Origin: Schmidtea polychroa
Taxonomy: Eukaryota
Direction of reading: 5' to 3'
Assembly (NCBI GenBank): GCA_044892525.1
Contig: CM097885.1
Span: 23,872,001-23,936,000, forward strand
Length of the DNA stretch: 64,000 nt
Shown here: positions 50,165 through 64,000 of the stretch, one piece after another
How positions within the stretch are numbered: position 1 is the first letter of the stretch
Layout of the letters: each line of letters begins with the position of its first letter
Program-made: the position numbers and the translations under genes
Notes under the pieces: generated by a model
What the model was told of the DNA's origin: nothing
Seen by the model: the letters and a program-made list of their open reading frames with translations, nothing else
Database searches by the model: none

Positions 50165-51970
50165 TAATTCAACAACAAACCAACAACTTAGTACCAACAA
50201 CCAGTAACTTACGAACATGTATTAACAACCAGATACCTACAACTAGTTACTAACAACTAGTTACATGATACTAAGTAAATACAACCACCTAACAAGTACT
50301 AACAACCAAAAACAAGCAACCAACCAGGTACCAGTTACCACCTACCAAGTACCTACAACCAACTACTAAGTACCTACAACCAAAAACAACCAACTAAGTA
50401 CTAGATACCAAGTACTTACAACAAACATCAACCAAGTACCTACTACCACCTACCAAGTACTTACAACTAGTTACTAACAACCAGTTACCTGCTACCAAGT
50501 ACTTACAACTAGTTACTAACAACCAATTACCTGCTACAAAGTACTTACAACTAGATACCACGTACTAACTAACTCTCAACTCCCACCTACCCATTAACTA
50601 GCTACTAAGTACTAACAACCAACAACAACCAAGTACTAAGCATTATCAACCAACTAAATACTAAGTACTAACAACCAACATCAACCAGGTACCAGATACC
50701 AACTAGCTACCAAGTACTAACAACCAACAACAACCAGGTACTAAGCATTATTAACCACCTACTAAGTACCAACAACCAGTAACTTACGAACATGTATTAC
50801 CAACCAGATACCTACAACCAGTTACCTGATACCAAATACTTACAACTAGATACCAAGTACTATCAACCAAAAACCACCAACCAACTAGGTACTAGATACC
50901 AAGTACTCACAACCGACAACAACCAGGTACTAAGCATTAATTACCTACAACTGGTACTAACAACCAACCAACTAGGTACTAGCTACCAAGTACTCACAAG
51001 CGACAACAACCAAGTACTAAGCATTATTAACCAACTACTAAGTACCTACAACCAACTACTAAGTACCTACAACCAACATCAACCAGATACCTACAACTAG
51101 ATACTAACAACCAGTTACCTGCTACCAAGTACTTACAACTAGATACCACGTACTAACTAACTCTCAACCCCCACCTACCCATTAACTAGCTACTAAGTAC
51201 TAACAACCAGCTAACAACTAGATACCAAGTACTTACAACCAACATCAACCAGGTACTAAGCATTATCAACCAACTAAATACTAAGTACTAACAACCAACC
51301 AACTAGGTACTAGATACCAAGTACTTACAACCAACATCAACCAGGCACTAAGCATTATCAACCAACTACTAAGTACCTACAACCACCTATCAAGTACTAA
51401 CAATCAAAAGCAACAACTAGATTCTAACAACCAAAAACATGCAACCAACTAGCTACAACCAGCACTCAACTAGATACCAACTACTAAGTACCTACAACCA
51501 ACTAGCTACCACCTACCAAGTACTAACAACCAGTTACCAACTACTAAGCATTAATTACCTACAACTAGTTACTAACAACTAGATACCAAGTACATACAAC
51601 CAACAACTAAGCATTATCAACCATGTACTAACAACCAACTACTAACAACCTACAACAACTAGGTACTAAGCATTATCAACCAAGTACCTAAAACCACCTA
51701 CCAAGTACATACAACCAACATCAACCAGATACCTACAACTAGATACTAACAACCAGTTACCAAGTACCTACAACCACCTACCCATTAACTAACTACAACC
51801 AGCTAACAGCAACCAACCAACTACCAAGTACTAACAACCAACAACCAGCTAACAACTAACTACCAGATACCAACTACTTACAACCAACAACTAAGTACTA
51901 ACAACCAGCTAACAACTAGATACCTAGTACTAAGCACTGTCAACTTGATACCAAGCACTGACAACCAGAT
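50165..51970. repeat. Complex A/C-rich satellite (ACAACC/AAGTACT words)
   Basis: Strong strand asymmetry; inverted copy at 59880-61033. Confidence 0.9.
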
Positions 51971-52518
51971 GACCACATGAAATTATTGGTTAAATAAGTA
52001 AAATAATGTTTAATTTTTAAATTAACTAATCAATGATCTAAAATATTAAAGTTAAAGTCAATTTAAGATGAAGATTTTCTGGGATTTCCAATGTTAATTT
52101 TAGATGCAAATCTTCGTCAATTAATCAATGACCACATGAAATTATTGGTTAAATATGAAAATAAGGATTATATTTAGTTGTTAAGTAAATTATGGTGTAA
52201 AATTAAGAAATAAAGAATAATTAGGTAAATTAAGGATAAGTAAAGTTAAAAATTTTAAATAAGTAAATTAAGGTTCAAAATTTTAAATTAAAGAAAATTA
52301 TGGTTTTAATTTTAAATTAAAGCTAAATGAGTAAATTAAAGTAATAATTTTTAAATAAGTAAATTAAGGTTCAAAATCTAAAATTAAGTAACCAATGGTT
52401 CAAATTTTTAATTAAAGCTAAATAAGTAAATTAAAGTAAGATTTTTAAATTTATTATCAAAATATTGAATAACCACCAATTTTTTTGAGAAATGTAATTT
52501 TTAATGAAAATTTAAATG

Positions 52519-52587
<69 letters not shown>

Positions 52588-53939
52588 TAATAATAATAAT
52601 AATTCAACAGTTACCAACAATCGGTTACTAAATATTTTTAACTAGGTGCTGACAAATACTTACAACATGATACCACGTACTAACTTTCAAACAACCAGAT
52701 ACTTACAACGAACTACTAAATATTCTTCATTGTATTTTATGAAATGCTTTTTAAATTAATTTTTTATACATCTTCTATAATAATTTTAATTACAATCAGT
52801 AGAAAAACCTTTTCATATTTAACAAAAATGTTGATTTTCATCAAAAAATGAATAATTGTCAACTCATCCCCACGTGAAATTCAAAATAATTACAATGAAA
52901 GACTAATGAATTCTAATTTACAAAACATTCTTCTTTTAATTGATAACTTATTATTGCAATGTAAAAATCGCATTCAATAAATACTTATTGTTGATCAGTT
53001 TTATTATATATACTCTGAGTTTATCCGACAGGATGTTTTGACCCCCTAAGGCTACTGGTCGTAAGGGTATTGGTAACACTCAACCCCCACCTACTCATTA
53101 ATTAGTTACCATGTACTAACAACTAGGTTTCAAACAACTAAATACTAAACACTAACAACCAACAACAACCAGGTACTAAGCATTATCAACCTACAACTAT
53201 ATAACAACAATCAGTAAACAACACTGTACCAACTACCAAATACAAGAAACCAACAACTTAGTACCAACAATCAACTAACAACACATAAAAATAATAGCAA
53301 TTAAATAAAAAAATTATTCTTCATCGCATACACTATTTTCTTATCAAAATCTAAAAAGTCAACCAACTACTTACAACCAACAACTATGTACTAACAAATT
53401 GATCTTTAAAAGCAAATACTCATCACTTGAAAAAAATTAGATGAAAAATTAATTGAACTCAAGGCACTTTTAAGATATTTGAACTCAAGGCATCAATAAC
53501 TTGGTAAAAATTGATTAAATTATTATAAAAATTTAAATTATTCAAAATATACTAAATTAAAAAAATATAATTAATGGGCAAGAAAGAACTTTAAATTCTA
53601 GTCATAGATCATTCAAGTTAATATGAATCAACTAAGATAATAAAATAATAAGATAAGATCTAGTAGATAATTGATTTAGATTGAATAAATTAATTTAAAT
53701 AAAATTAAATTTATTTATTTTTGTAAAAGTAATACATGTACTCAAATTGATTGACTGATTTCTCAATATATTCAAAAAAATCAGTATAAATTCATTACAA
53801 TTATCAAAGTCAGCAATCTACAATAAAAATAATTATCATTAAATTCCAAAAGAGACTAGATAACTAATGATAACATCTAACAAACCAGTAAATTCATTTA
53901 AATGACAATAATTGGTATATCCAAGTGAATTCTCCAATA

Positions 53940-54420
53940 AAATCATCTAAAAAGAATCATTTTCCCCTAGATATATCAATATTTAAAGATTGGTATTTTA
54001 ATGATAAGTACTTGTTAAAGATCATATATTCACCTCAAACTAACAAGATTCCTTAAAATCCCCTTAAATGACTACATTTCTATCCTTAATTCATATTATT
54101 ACAAATATCATCTAAAAAGCATCAAATTTCATTGAAATAACACTATCTTTAAAGATTGATATTTTAATGATAAGTACCCTTAAAAGACTATATATTCACC
54201 TCAAACTAACAAGATTCCTTAAAATCTCCTAAATGACTATATTTCTACCCTTAATCCATATTATTACAAATATTTCACTAAAATCATCTAAAAAGCATCA
54301 AATTTCCCTGAAATAACTATCTTTAAAGATTAGTATTTTATCGATAAATATCCTTAAAAGGTTATATATTTACCTCAGACAAATAAGATTGCTTAAAATC
54401 CCCTTTAAATGACTTTAATT
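53940..54420. repeat. Three diverged ~170-bp tandem units
   Basis: Recurring atcatctaaaaag...tatattcacctcaaactaacaagattccttaaaatc. Confidence 0.7.
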
Positions 54421-54999
54421 CCTATTATCACGAATATTTCCCTATAAAACATGTAAAATAATTTGGTCATTAACCCTAAATAATTGATAAAATCTAATGA
54501 TAAAACCGGTTATAATTAACTTTTTGTTAATCACTGTACTCGAAATTTAAAATAAATATAACTGACTAGGTCCCATTAAAAGATTAAATTTATCCATTCA
54601 ATAAAATATATTTCTTCAAATGATCATTTTACCGATATTCAACCGATTTAATTACTAATTAAAATCAAGATTTCTTTCAATAAAGATCAATTTTATTTAG
54701 TCGATGTTTTAAGTCCATATTTCTAAACTTTTGTCATTCTCCGTCTAAATAAAGATAAAAATAATTTAAAGTTGATATCAATCCCAATTATCTGTAAAGT
54801 TTTCATTGTCAAAACCAAGTAAATCGATCATTATCCCTACTTAATAATCCATAAATCTAAATTAATATACAATGGATTAATCACAACCTAATAAAACGAT
54901 ATAATTATTATTGATTCATAACTGACTAATGTATTGCAATTTCCTTAAAAAACATTGATATTTTACCAACATCACCCTTAAAAAATCATATCGAAACCC

Positions 55000-55320
55000 T
55001 TCCCTCATTAAAAGCAACCGACTATATCTCCCTTACAATAATATATTCCCATCTTAACCCATCTCACATTAAATATAACCGACTATATCCCCTTAAAAGA
55101 TCATATTTTCCCCATCTTAACCGATCTCTCATTAAATCTAACCAACAATATCCCATCTTAACCGATCTCTCATTAAATCTAACCGACTATATCCCTTTAA
55201 AAATCATATATTCCCATCTTAACCCATCCCTCATTAAATTTAACCGACAATATCCCATCTTATCCGATCTCTCAGCAAATATTTCTACCCTTTTAAACAT
55301 CTATCCGATTATATCCCTTA
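55000..55320. repeat. CCCATCTTAACC minisatellite
   Basis: Read directly; inverted copy at 58100-58420. Confidence 0.8.
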
Positions 55321-56343
55321 TTTTCCCTAAAGATTTCACCCACTTGAGCCCTTTAATATATATCAATCCTCTTAAAATCCTCAGAGAACTTCAAAAATAT
55401 GACTTTTAATTAATTGTTATAGAACCAGACAAATAATAAGAGCCCATTAAAAGATCAAAATCCACTAAATTTTCTACAAATATTTACCATCAAATACTGG
55501 AGATGATAGTATATTGTTTGATCATAATTCTTCATCGATTCAGCCAATCATTTTCAAGCAAACTAAATTTCAGTATATTCTACAATCATTTTCATGTAAA
55601 TTTAAAGTTAACTGGTTTCTTAGCTTATGTTTTTTAAAGTTCATCAATGAGTAAATTATTGAAAAAATTATTTAGTCAAATATATTACAAAGTTATCATC
55701 AAAAATCACTTAATTATTAACCTAATTGTCAATGAAATTAATTTTTATTTAAAAACTATTCAATAAAATACCACTAATTATCAAGAAATTAACTAAATTT
55801 ATCAATTAAATTTATCACCATTAAAACTTTTAATCAGTCAACATGAAATTCTTAGAAAATTATTCAATATCCTCATCAAAATTTATCCTATCACTTGATT
55901 ATTGATTATTTCTTATTTACATTTACTTATAAAATTTATATTTTTAAATTTAGTGTAAAAGTATTTAATTTTTATTGTAATTTATAAAAATCATCTATTT
56001 GAATAGTTATCTTATTTTGATTAAAAAGGGTAATATAATTAATAATATGATAATTGTTTTTGAAATATTTAACGTAAAATAATAAATTTATTAATAAATA
56101 GCTATTATTACAATATTAAATGACTTAGTCATAATTTTGAAAAAAAAATAGCCTAAGTAACTTTTTATTTCTAATACATAATTCCGTCAATAAGTTTAAG
56201 TCTATACCCGGTAAAAATTAAATTATTATTTACATTATTCGAGAATTTGAAAAACTTATAAAATTTATATTTTTAAAATTTAATTTTGATTGTATTTTCT
56301 AAGATATATATTTGAATATTCAACTTATTTTGAATGAAAAGGG

Positions 56344-56387
<44 letters not shown>

Positions 56388-59300
56388 TTCATTTATGATA
56401 ATTGTTTTTGAAATACATAATGTAAATTAAAACATTTTAGTATTAATTAGTTATTATTTTAGAATTTATTTTAGTCAAAAATTTAAAAAAATAAGAACTA
56501 TTCCATATTTCTTATTCAAAAACCATTCACAGCTTGTTATGTAATAAATTAGTTGCGGCATGTTATGTAATAAACTAGTCACGGCTTGTTATGTAATAAA
56601 TTAGCTTAAATTATATATCCTCCTCACTTATATTCACTATTATTCTCCACTATTTAATCCCTATATTACCCCCGATTCCCGATTTTCCATTAATTATTCA
56701 CTTATATTCCCCGATTCTCTATTTTCAATTAATTAATCACTAATATCCCTCCGATTTTGATTAATTATTCCCCACAAATATTTGTTTTAAAAGTTTTTTT
56801 TATTAAATTTATGAATTTTATGAAATAATTTTAAATAAATTCAATTAATATATTTACATTTTTATCAACCTTCTTCTTATCTATGCCACTTCTCATTATT
56901 TACCTCCATTAATGAATTATTCTACCAATTATTTTCACCCATTTGAATTTATCATCGAGTAATTTCCTCACTTTAATGAAGATTCTTACCACCTTCATTG
57001 TTAATTTTATCAAAGTTTAAAGAATATTTCTCTTTACATTGCTTACCACATAAGATTTTTTATCGAAATTTATGATAATTTTACTGATTCAATGAAGAAT
57101 AAGTTAATTAATATATACTCTGAGTTTATCCGACAAAATATTCTGTCCCCCTATGGGTATTGCTCACAAGGGTACTACTCACATTCAACATGTCGTAAGG
57201 GTATAAGTCGTAAAGATATTTATTGCTTTTATTTGAATTTAAGCAAATTTGTTGTTTAAGGCATTCATTGATAATTTTTAGAGTTGATGGTTTTAGTAAA
57301 TATTCAAGTAAATTTCTATAATTTTTGTGAATTTTTATCAATTTTGTGAATTTCCATTATTTTCATGAATTTCCGTAATTTTTGTGAATATCTGTAATTT
57401 AATACTAATTCTAAGGTAAATTTAATTAATTTCTTGATAATTGAATGTATTTTTATTGACTTGTTTTTTAATTTTAAATAAAAATTTATTTTAATGAGGT
57501 TAATAATTAAAGTTTGTACAATAATCAAGTGATAGGATAAATTTTGATGAGGATATTGAATAATTTTCTAAGAATTTCATGTTGACTGATTAAAAGTTTT
57601 AATGGTGATAAATTTAATTGATAAATTTAGTTAATTTCTTGATAATTAGTGGTATTTTATTGAATAGTTTTTAAATAAAAATTAATTTCATTGACAATTA
57701 GGTTAATAATTAAGTGATTTTTGATGATAACTTTGTAATATATTTGACTAAATAATTTTTTCAATAATTTACTCATTGATGAACTTTAAAAAACATAAGC
57801 TAAGAAACCAGTTAACTTTAAATTTACATGAAAATGATTGTAGAATATACTGAAATTTAGTTTGCTTGAAAATGATTGGCTGAATCGATGAAGAATTATG
57901 ATCAAACAATATACTATCATCTCCAGTATTTGATGGTAAATATTTGTAGAAAATTTAGTGAATTTTGATCTTTTAATGGGCTCTTATTATTTGTCTGGTT
58001 CTATAACAATTAATTAAAAGTCATATTTTTGAAGTTCTCTGAGGATTTTAAGAGGATTGATATATATTAAAGGGCTCAAGTGGGTGAAATCTCTAGGGAA
58101 AATAAGGGATATAATCGGATAGATGTTTAAAAGGGTAGAAATATTTGCTGAGAGATCGGATAAGATGGGATATTGTCGGTTAAATTTAATGAGGGATGGG
58201 TTAAGATGGGAATATATGATTTTTAAAGGGATATAGTCGGTTAGATTTAATGAGAGATCGGTTAAGATGGGATATTGTTGGTTAGATTTAATGAGAGATC
58301 GGTTAAGATGGGGAAAATATGATCTTTTAAGGGGATATAGTCGGTTATATTTAATGTGAGATGGGTTAAGATGGGAATATATTATTGTAAGGGAGATATA
58401 GTCGGTTGCTTTTAATGAGGGAAGGGTTTCGATATGATTTTTTAAGGGTGATGTTGGTAAAATATCAATGTTTTTTAAGGAAATTGCAATACATTAGTCA
58501 GTTATGAATCAATAATAATTATATCGTTTTATTAGGTTGTGATTAATCCATTGTATATTAATTTAGATTTATGGATTATTAAGTAGGGATAATGATCGAT
58601 TTACTTGGTTTTGACAATGAAAACTTTACAGATAATTGGGATTGATATCAACTTTAAATTATTTTTATCTTTATTTAGACGGAGAATGACAAAAGTTTAG
58701 AAATATGGACTTAAAACATCGACTAAATAAAATTGATCTTTATTGAAAGAAATCTTGATTTTAATTAGTAATTAAATCGGTTGAATATCGGTAAAATGAT
58801 CATTTGAAGAAATATATTTTATTGAATGGATAAATTTAATCTTTTAATGGGACCTAGTCAGTTATATTTATTTTAAATTTCGAGTAGAGTGATTAACAAA
58901 AAGTTAATTATAACCGGTTTTATTATTAGATTTTATCAATTATTTAGGGTTAATGACCAAATTATTTTACATGTTTTATAGGGAAATATTCGTGATAATA
59001 GGAATTAAAGTCATTTAAAGGGGATTTTAAGCAATCTTATTAGTCTGAGGTAAATATATAACCTTTTAAGGATATTTATCGATAAAATACTAATCTTTAA
59101 AGATAGTTATTTCAGGGAAATTTGATGCTTTTTAGATGATTTTAGTGAAATATTTGTAATAATATGGATTAAGGGTAGAAATAAAAAAAAAAAAAAAAAA
59201 AAAAAAAAAGCATTTCATAAAATACAATGAAGAATATTTAGTAGTTAGTTGTAAGTATCTGGTTGTTTGAGAGTTAGTACGTGGTATCATGTTGTAAGTA

Positions 59301-59389
59301 TTTGTCAGCACCTAGTTAAAAATATTTAGTAATCGATTGTTGGTAACTGTTGAATTATTATTATTATTTTTATTATTATTATTAATATA

Positions 59390-59423
<34 letters not shown>

Positions 59424-61119
59424 CTTTTAAATTTTCATTAAAAATTACATTTCTCAAAAAAATTGGTGGTTATTCAATATTTTGATAATAAATTTAAAAA
59501 TCTTACTTTAATTTACTTATTTAGCTTTAATTAAAAATTTGAACCATTGGTTACTTAATTTTAGATTTTGAACCTTAATTTACTTATTTAAAATTTTTAA
59601 CTTTACTTATCCTTAATTTACCTAATTATTCTTTATTTCTTAATTTTACACCATAATTTACTTAACAACTAAATATAATCCTTATTTTCATATTTAACCA
59701 ATAATTTCATGTGGTCATTGATTAATTGACGAAGATTTGCATCTAAAATTAACATTGGAAATCCCAGAAAATCTTCATCTTAAATTGACTTTAACTTTAA
59801 TATTTTAGATCATTGATTAGTTAATTTAAAAATTAAACATTATTTTACTTATTTAACCAATAATTTCATGTGGTCATCTGGTTGTCAGTGCTTGGTATCA
59901 AGTTGACAGTGCTTAGTACTAGGTATCTAGTTGTTAGCTGGTTGTTAGTACTTAGTTGTTGGTTGTAAGTAGTTGGTATCTGGTAGTTAGTTGTTAGCTG
60001 GTTGTTGGTTGTTAGTACTTGGTAGTTGGTTGGTTGCTGTTAGCTGGTTGTAGTTAGTTAATGGGTAGGTGGTTGTAGGTACTTGGTAACTGGTTGTTAG
60101 TATCTAGTTGTAGGTATCTGAATGATGTTGGTTGTATGTACTTGGTAGGTGGTTTTAGGTACTTGGTTGATAATGCTTAGTACCTAGTTGTTGTAGGTTG
60201 TTAGTAGTTGGTTGTTAGTACATGGTTGATAATGCTTAGTTGTTGGTTGTATGTACTTGGTATCTAGTTGTTAGTAACTAGTTGTAGGTAATTAATGCTT
60301 AGTAGTTGGTAACTGGTTGTTAGTACTTGGTAGGTGGTAGCTAGTTGGTTGTAGGTACTTAGTAGTTGGTATCTAGTTGAGTGCTGGTTGTAGCTAGTTG
60401 GTTGCATGTTTTTGGTTGTTAGAATCTAGTTGTTGCTTTTGATTGTTAGTACTTGATAGGTGGTTGTAGGTACTTAGTAGTTGGTTGATAATGCTTAGTG
60501 CCTGGTTGATGTTGGTTGTAAGTACTTGGTATCTAGTACCTAGTTGGTTGGTTGTTAGTACTTAGTATTTAGTTGGTTGATAATGCTTAGTACCTGGTTG
60601 ATGTTGGTTGTAAGTACTTGGTATCTAGTTGTTAGCTGGTTGTTAGTACTTAGTAGCTAGTTAATGGGTAGGTGGGGGTTGAGAGTTAGTTAGTACGTGG
60701 TATCTAGTTGTAAGTACTTGGTAGCAGGTAACTGGTTGTTAGTATCTAGTTGTAGGTATCTGGTTGATGTTGGTTGTAGGTACTTAGTAGTTGGTTGTAG
60801 GTACTTAGTAGTTGGTTAATAATGCTTAGTACTTGGTTGTTGTCGCTTGTGAGTACTTGGTAGCTAGTACCTAGTTGGTTGGTTGTTAGTACCAGTTGTA
60901 GGTAATTAATGCTTAGTACCTGGTTGTTGTCGGTTGTTAGTACATGGTAGATTGTAGCTAGTTGGTTGTAGGTACTTAGTAGTTGGTTAATAATGCTTAG
61001 TAACTGGTTGTTGTCGGTTGTGAGTACTTGGTATTTTAATTAAAAAGATATTAAGATATTATATTATTAAGATATATATTATTATTATTAAGATATATAT
61101 TAAGATATTTTAATTAAAA

Positions 61120-62003
61120 ATATCTTCGTAGAAAATTTGTTTAAATAAGAAAGTTTAAAGAAGATATAATTTGATACTGATATTTACTGAAATAAAATTT
61201 ATGGAAACAAACACTGATTTTAATGTTTAACAGGATGAACATCCTAATATGGTGGCAGCGGTAAACACTGACGCAATCACCGAAAGATTGCTACCAAAGG
61301 TATTCTGGCAAGGTGAGGACTTGGAATAGTTCATTAAGAGATGCGAAATTTATTTCGACGCCAAGGGAATCACGCATAAGAAAGATCAGGAAAGACTAAC
61401 ATCTTGCATGATTGATGAGGATCTCCTGGAAGTGTATGCCAAAACACATAAAAAAGCAGAAGGATTCCAGGCTAGGTTGCGATTGGCATTCGATCGCGAA
61501 GGAGATGTTTTAAAGGATATACAAAACTTGTTGAATTACAAGCGGAAGGGTGAAGAAATAGAAACGTTATTTTAAAAAGTTGGAGGACCTAGTTGATAGG
61601 TTGTTTGAAAATAAAGAATTTACCAAAGAGAAATTAACAGCAAGGATGTTAATAGTATGTGCGGAGAATAAAGAAGTTTAGAAAGAAGTGATACTACGGA
61701 AAATAAAAAGCACAGAGGAAATAAAGGAAACACTAATTCTGATGGACAAAGTAGACAAGCAAAGAGATCAGATAAACAGTATGAAAACTACTCCAGAGTG
61801 GTCTATAAAATTAGGAAAAAATATGGAAAGTTTATTGAATTATAAAAGAAGAGGCGAAGAGATTGAAATATATTTTTAAAAAGTGGAGGACCTTGTTGAC
61901 AGGTTATTTGAGAATAAAGAATTCACCAAAGAGAAAATAACAACAAAGATGTTGATAGTATGTGCTGAGAATAAATAAGTTGAGAAAGAAGTAATATTGC
62001 GGA
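61120..62003 (+). mobile_element. Ty3/Gypsy remnants: LTR end, PBS, longest gag fragment and a second gag piece
   Basis: PBS at 61250-61262; gag with stops and a frameshift; second-subfamily piece from ~61820. Confidence 0.75.
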
Positions 62004-62113
62004 ATAATATCGCAATATTAGACAATTAACCGAAAGTTATGTATAAAAACATCCACATTTGGATATTATACTAATATATTATTTTTATATTATATTATTT
62101 TTTTATAAAGCCT

Positions 62114-62168
62114 TAGAACAATGTAGGTAAGGGAAGTCGGCAAATTAGATCCGTACCTTCGGTAAAAG
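62114..62168 (+). rRNA. ~55-bp 28S rRNA fragment (not a gene)
   Basis: GAACAATGTAGGTAAGGGAAGTCGGCAAATTAGATCCGTA.CTTCGG matches a conserved eukaryotic LSU segment. Confidence 0.8.
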
Positions 62169-62329
62169 AAGTAATATTGCGGAATAATATCGCAATATTA
62201 GACAATTAACCGAAAATTATGTATAAAAACATTCACATTTGGATATTATACTAATATATTATATTTATATTATATTATATTTTTATAAAGTTTCTATAAT
62301 TAGCTTAGCAAATATTTAGCTAGAATCAA

Positions 62330-63400
62330 CGAAATCAAGAAACCTTATTTGAATAACCACCCAAAAGAATTGATTTAATAGGTACAAAGACAATCTTTCA
62401 TGACAGCAGAAGCACATTATTCCCTGTGATTAGACAAAAGGATCAAACAATGAAACACTGGATAGAAACAACAGCATTACATTGAACAAATAATCGGTAA
62501 CCGACCTCACAAATTGTCTATCTGAAGGTACAAAAGGATTACTTTCACTAGGACCAAAGTTCAGTATAAACAGAAAAATAGATGAAGCAGCCATCCTCAA
62601 TTTCAAAACAGCTCTTTGTCGCATTGCGTACCAGATCAAATGGAACAATACAATATCTCATGAAAATGAAAATAGCGAAGAAAAGCTCCCAGTATACATA
62701 AACGCAGATAAACTCTATCAACTAAATCCTGATGCAGAATTAGATTCAACACTCTCAAAGGTCTGTCACAAAATTATGGAGATAGTTGAGAAGGAAAAAA
62801 GAAAACCATAACTCTCAAACCTATCGAAAGATGAACAAGCAATATTAAAATCCCTCGAAAAGAAACCATACGTTTACTTACCAAGTGACAAGGGGGAGAA
62901 TTTTGCATTATAGAGAAGAATCGGTACTTTGAAGCTGGTTACGAACACCTCGGCAATATCGAAACATACAAGAAAGTCAGCCGCATGTCACCAAACAATA
63001 TCGAAATGAAGATCAACAAAGTATGGAAAGCCATAGCTTTGGAAATGAAGCTCAACAACAGAATAACCAACAGCTTCGTCACAAAAAATTCTGATCTTCC
63101 CAACTTCTACCACCTAATTAAAACTCACAAAGAGGATTCTGTTATCAAAAATAGGCCTATAGTGTTCAACAAAAATGGACCAACAACTAAAACAAGTTGG
63201 CTCCTTGCAAAGATCTTGAAACCTTTATTGGACCACACCATCTTTAAAGCAGCGACTGTCTCATGACAAGATTAAATAATAACAAAACTTCTCATAGAGA
63301 ATTCAAATACCCATTCAGTTTTGATGTCTTATCACTATACACATCTATCGAACCAAAAGAGGCTATTCAATGTTTAAAAAAGAAATTAAGAGAAAGAGCA
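62330..63400 (+). pseudogene. Penelope-like retroelement reverse transcriptase, N-terminal remnant
   Basis: LSLGPKF, NLSKDEQAILKSL, LPSDKG, PNFYHLIKTHK, RPIV and SFDVLSLYTSI; frameshifts at ~62895 and ~63250. Confidence 0.8.
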
Positions 63401-64000
63401 ATTTCGATTGATTTAGTTTGAATTTTAATTCTACCTGAAGACCACAGTGATTTTGTCGAAATATATTGTAGTAAAATATATATATTAGATTTAGTGCTTT
63501 TCGTTATATCTAAATCAATGCCATTAAATAGTGATTGTTATAATAAATTTGAAAGTGACACTTTGTTTTTTTTGTATTACTCAATAGAAGCTCTTTGGAA
63601 TTGATGAAGAGATGTAGAATGTTAATGAAAGAATAACTATCAATGATTAAATTGGATATATGTGATAAAAATTATGAATTTAGTCTATTTCTGTTCTTGC
63701 TTAGAAGATGTTCAGATGTTGATTTTGAATTTCAATTCTTCCTGAAGATCACAGTGATTCTGTCGAAATATATTGTAGTAAAAAATACATAAATACAAGG
63801 AGCCCAAAAATTATTTCACGATTATAGAAGAGTTAGTTGATAAAATATTGGGACATGAATTAAACAAGGAAATATTAATAAATACTTGGAATTGTGACCT
63901 TATCTTTTAAATCTGATTAAAAACGATAATTTACAAGATGTTCTAGGAAATTCGAAAATGGTGACCAAATATATGATTTCTTTATAAAGAAGCTATTTCA

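Larger units (their letters stand above)
50910..60936. repeat. Large imperfect palindrome
   Basis: 54240-55904 is the reverse complement of 57519-59183; ~50910-52752 is the reverse complement of ~59205-60936. Confidence 0.9.

Noticed and set aside
50792..51100. 102-aa repetitive ORF
   Set aside because: Chance open frame in satellite DNA.
62114..62168. rDNA locus
   Set aside because: Only ~55 bp match; no other rRNA sequence nearby.

Overview
Very AT-rich, repeat-dense eukaryotic (probably animal) genomic DNA dominated by nested Polinton/Maverick (adintovirus-like) endogenous viral elements. Element A1 (from before base 1 to the ACTACT end at 12888) carries pPolB (two in-frame stops), a membrane protein, fiber and minor-capsid remnants, adenain protease, a core protein, an adenovirus pX-like protein, packaging ATPase, integrase and major capsid, then three tRNA-like Pol III units and a ~970-bp TIR. 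A second copy, A2, starts at AGTAGT 25744. It is interrupted by a different Polinton, B (open pPolB, IAP-type RING gene, ACTACT end at 33201), and encodes an intact ZnF-PLA2-integrase fusion. Sequence 5.3-21.2 kb is duplicated at 33.2-48.7 kb. The only clear cellular gene is an intronless, divergent TFIIB. The rest is Gypsy gag/PBS remnants, MITEs, satellites, a ~10-kb palindrome, a 28S rRNA fragment and a Penelope-like RT remnant. All calls are from reading motifs by eye; no searches were run.
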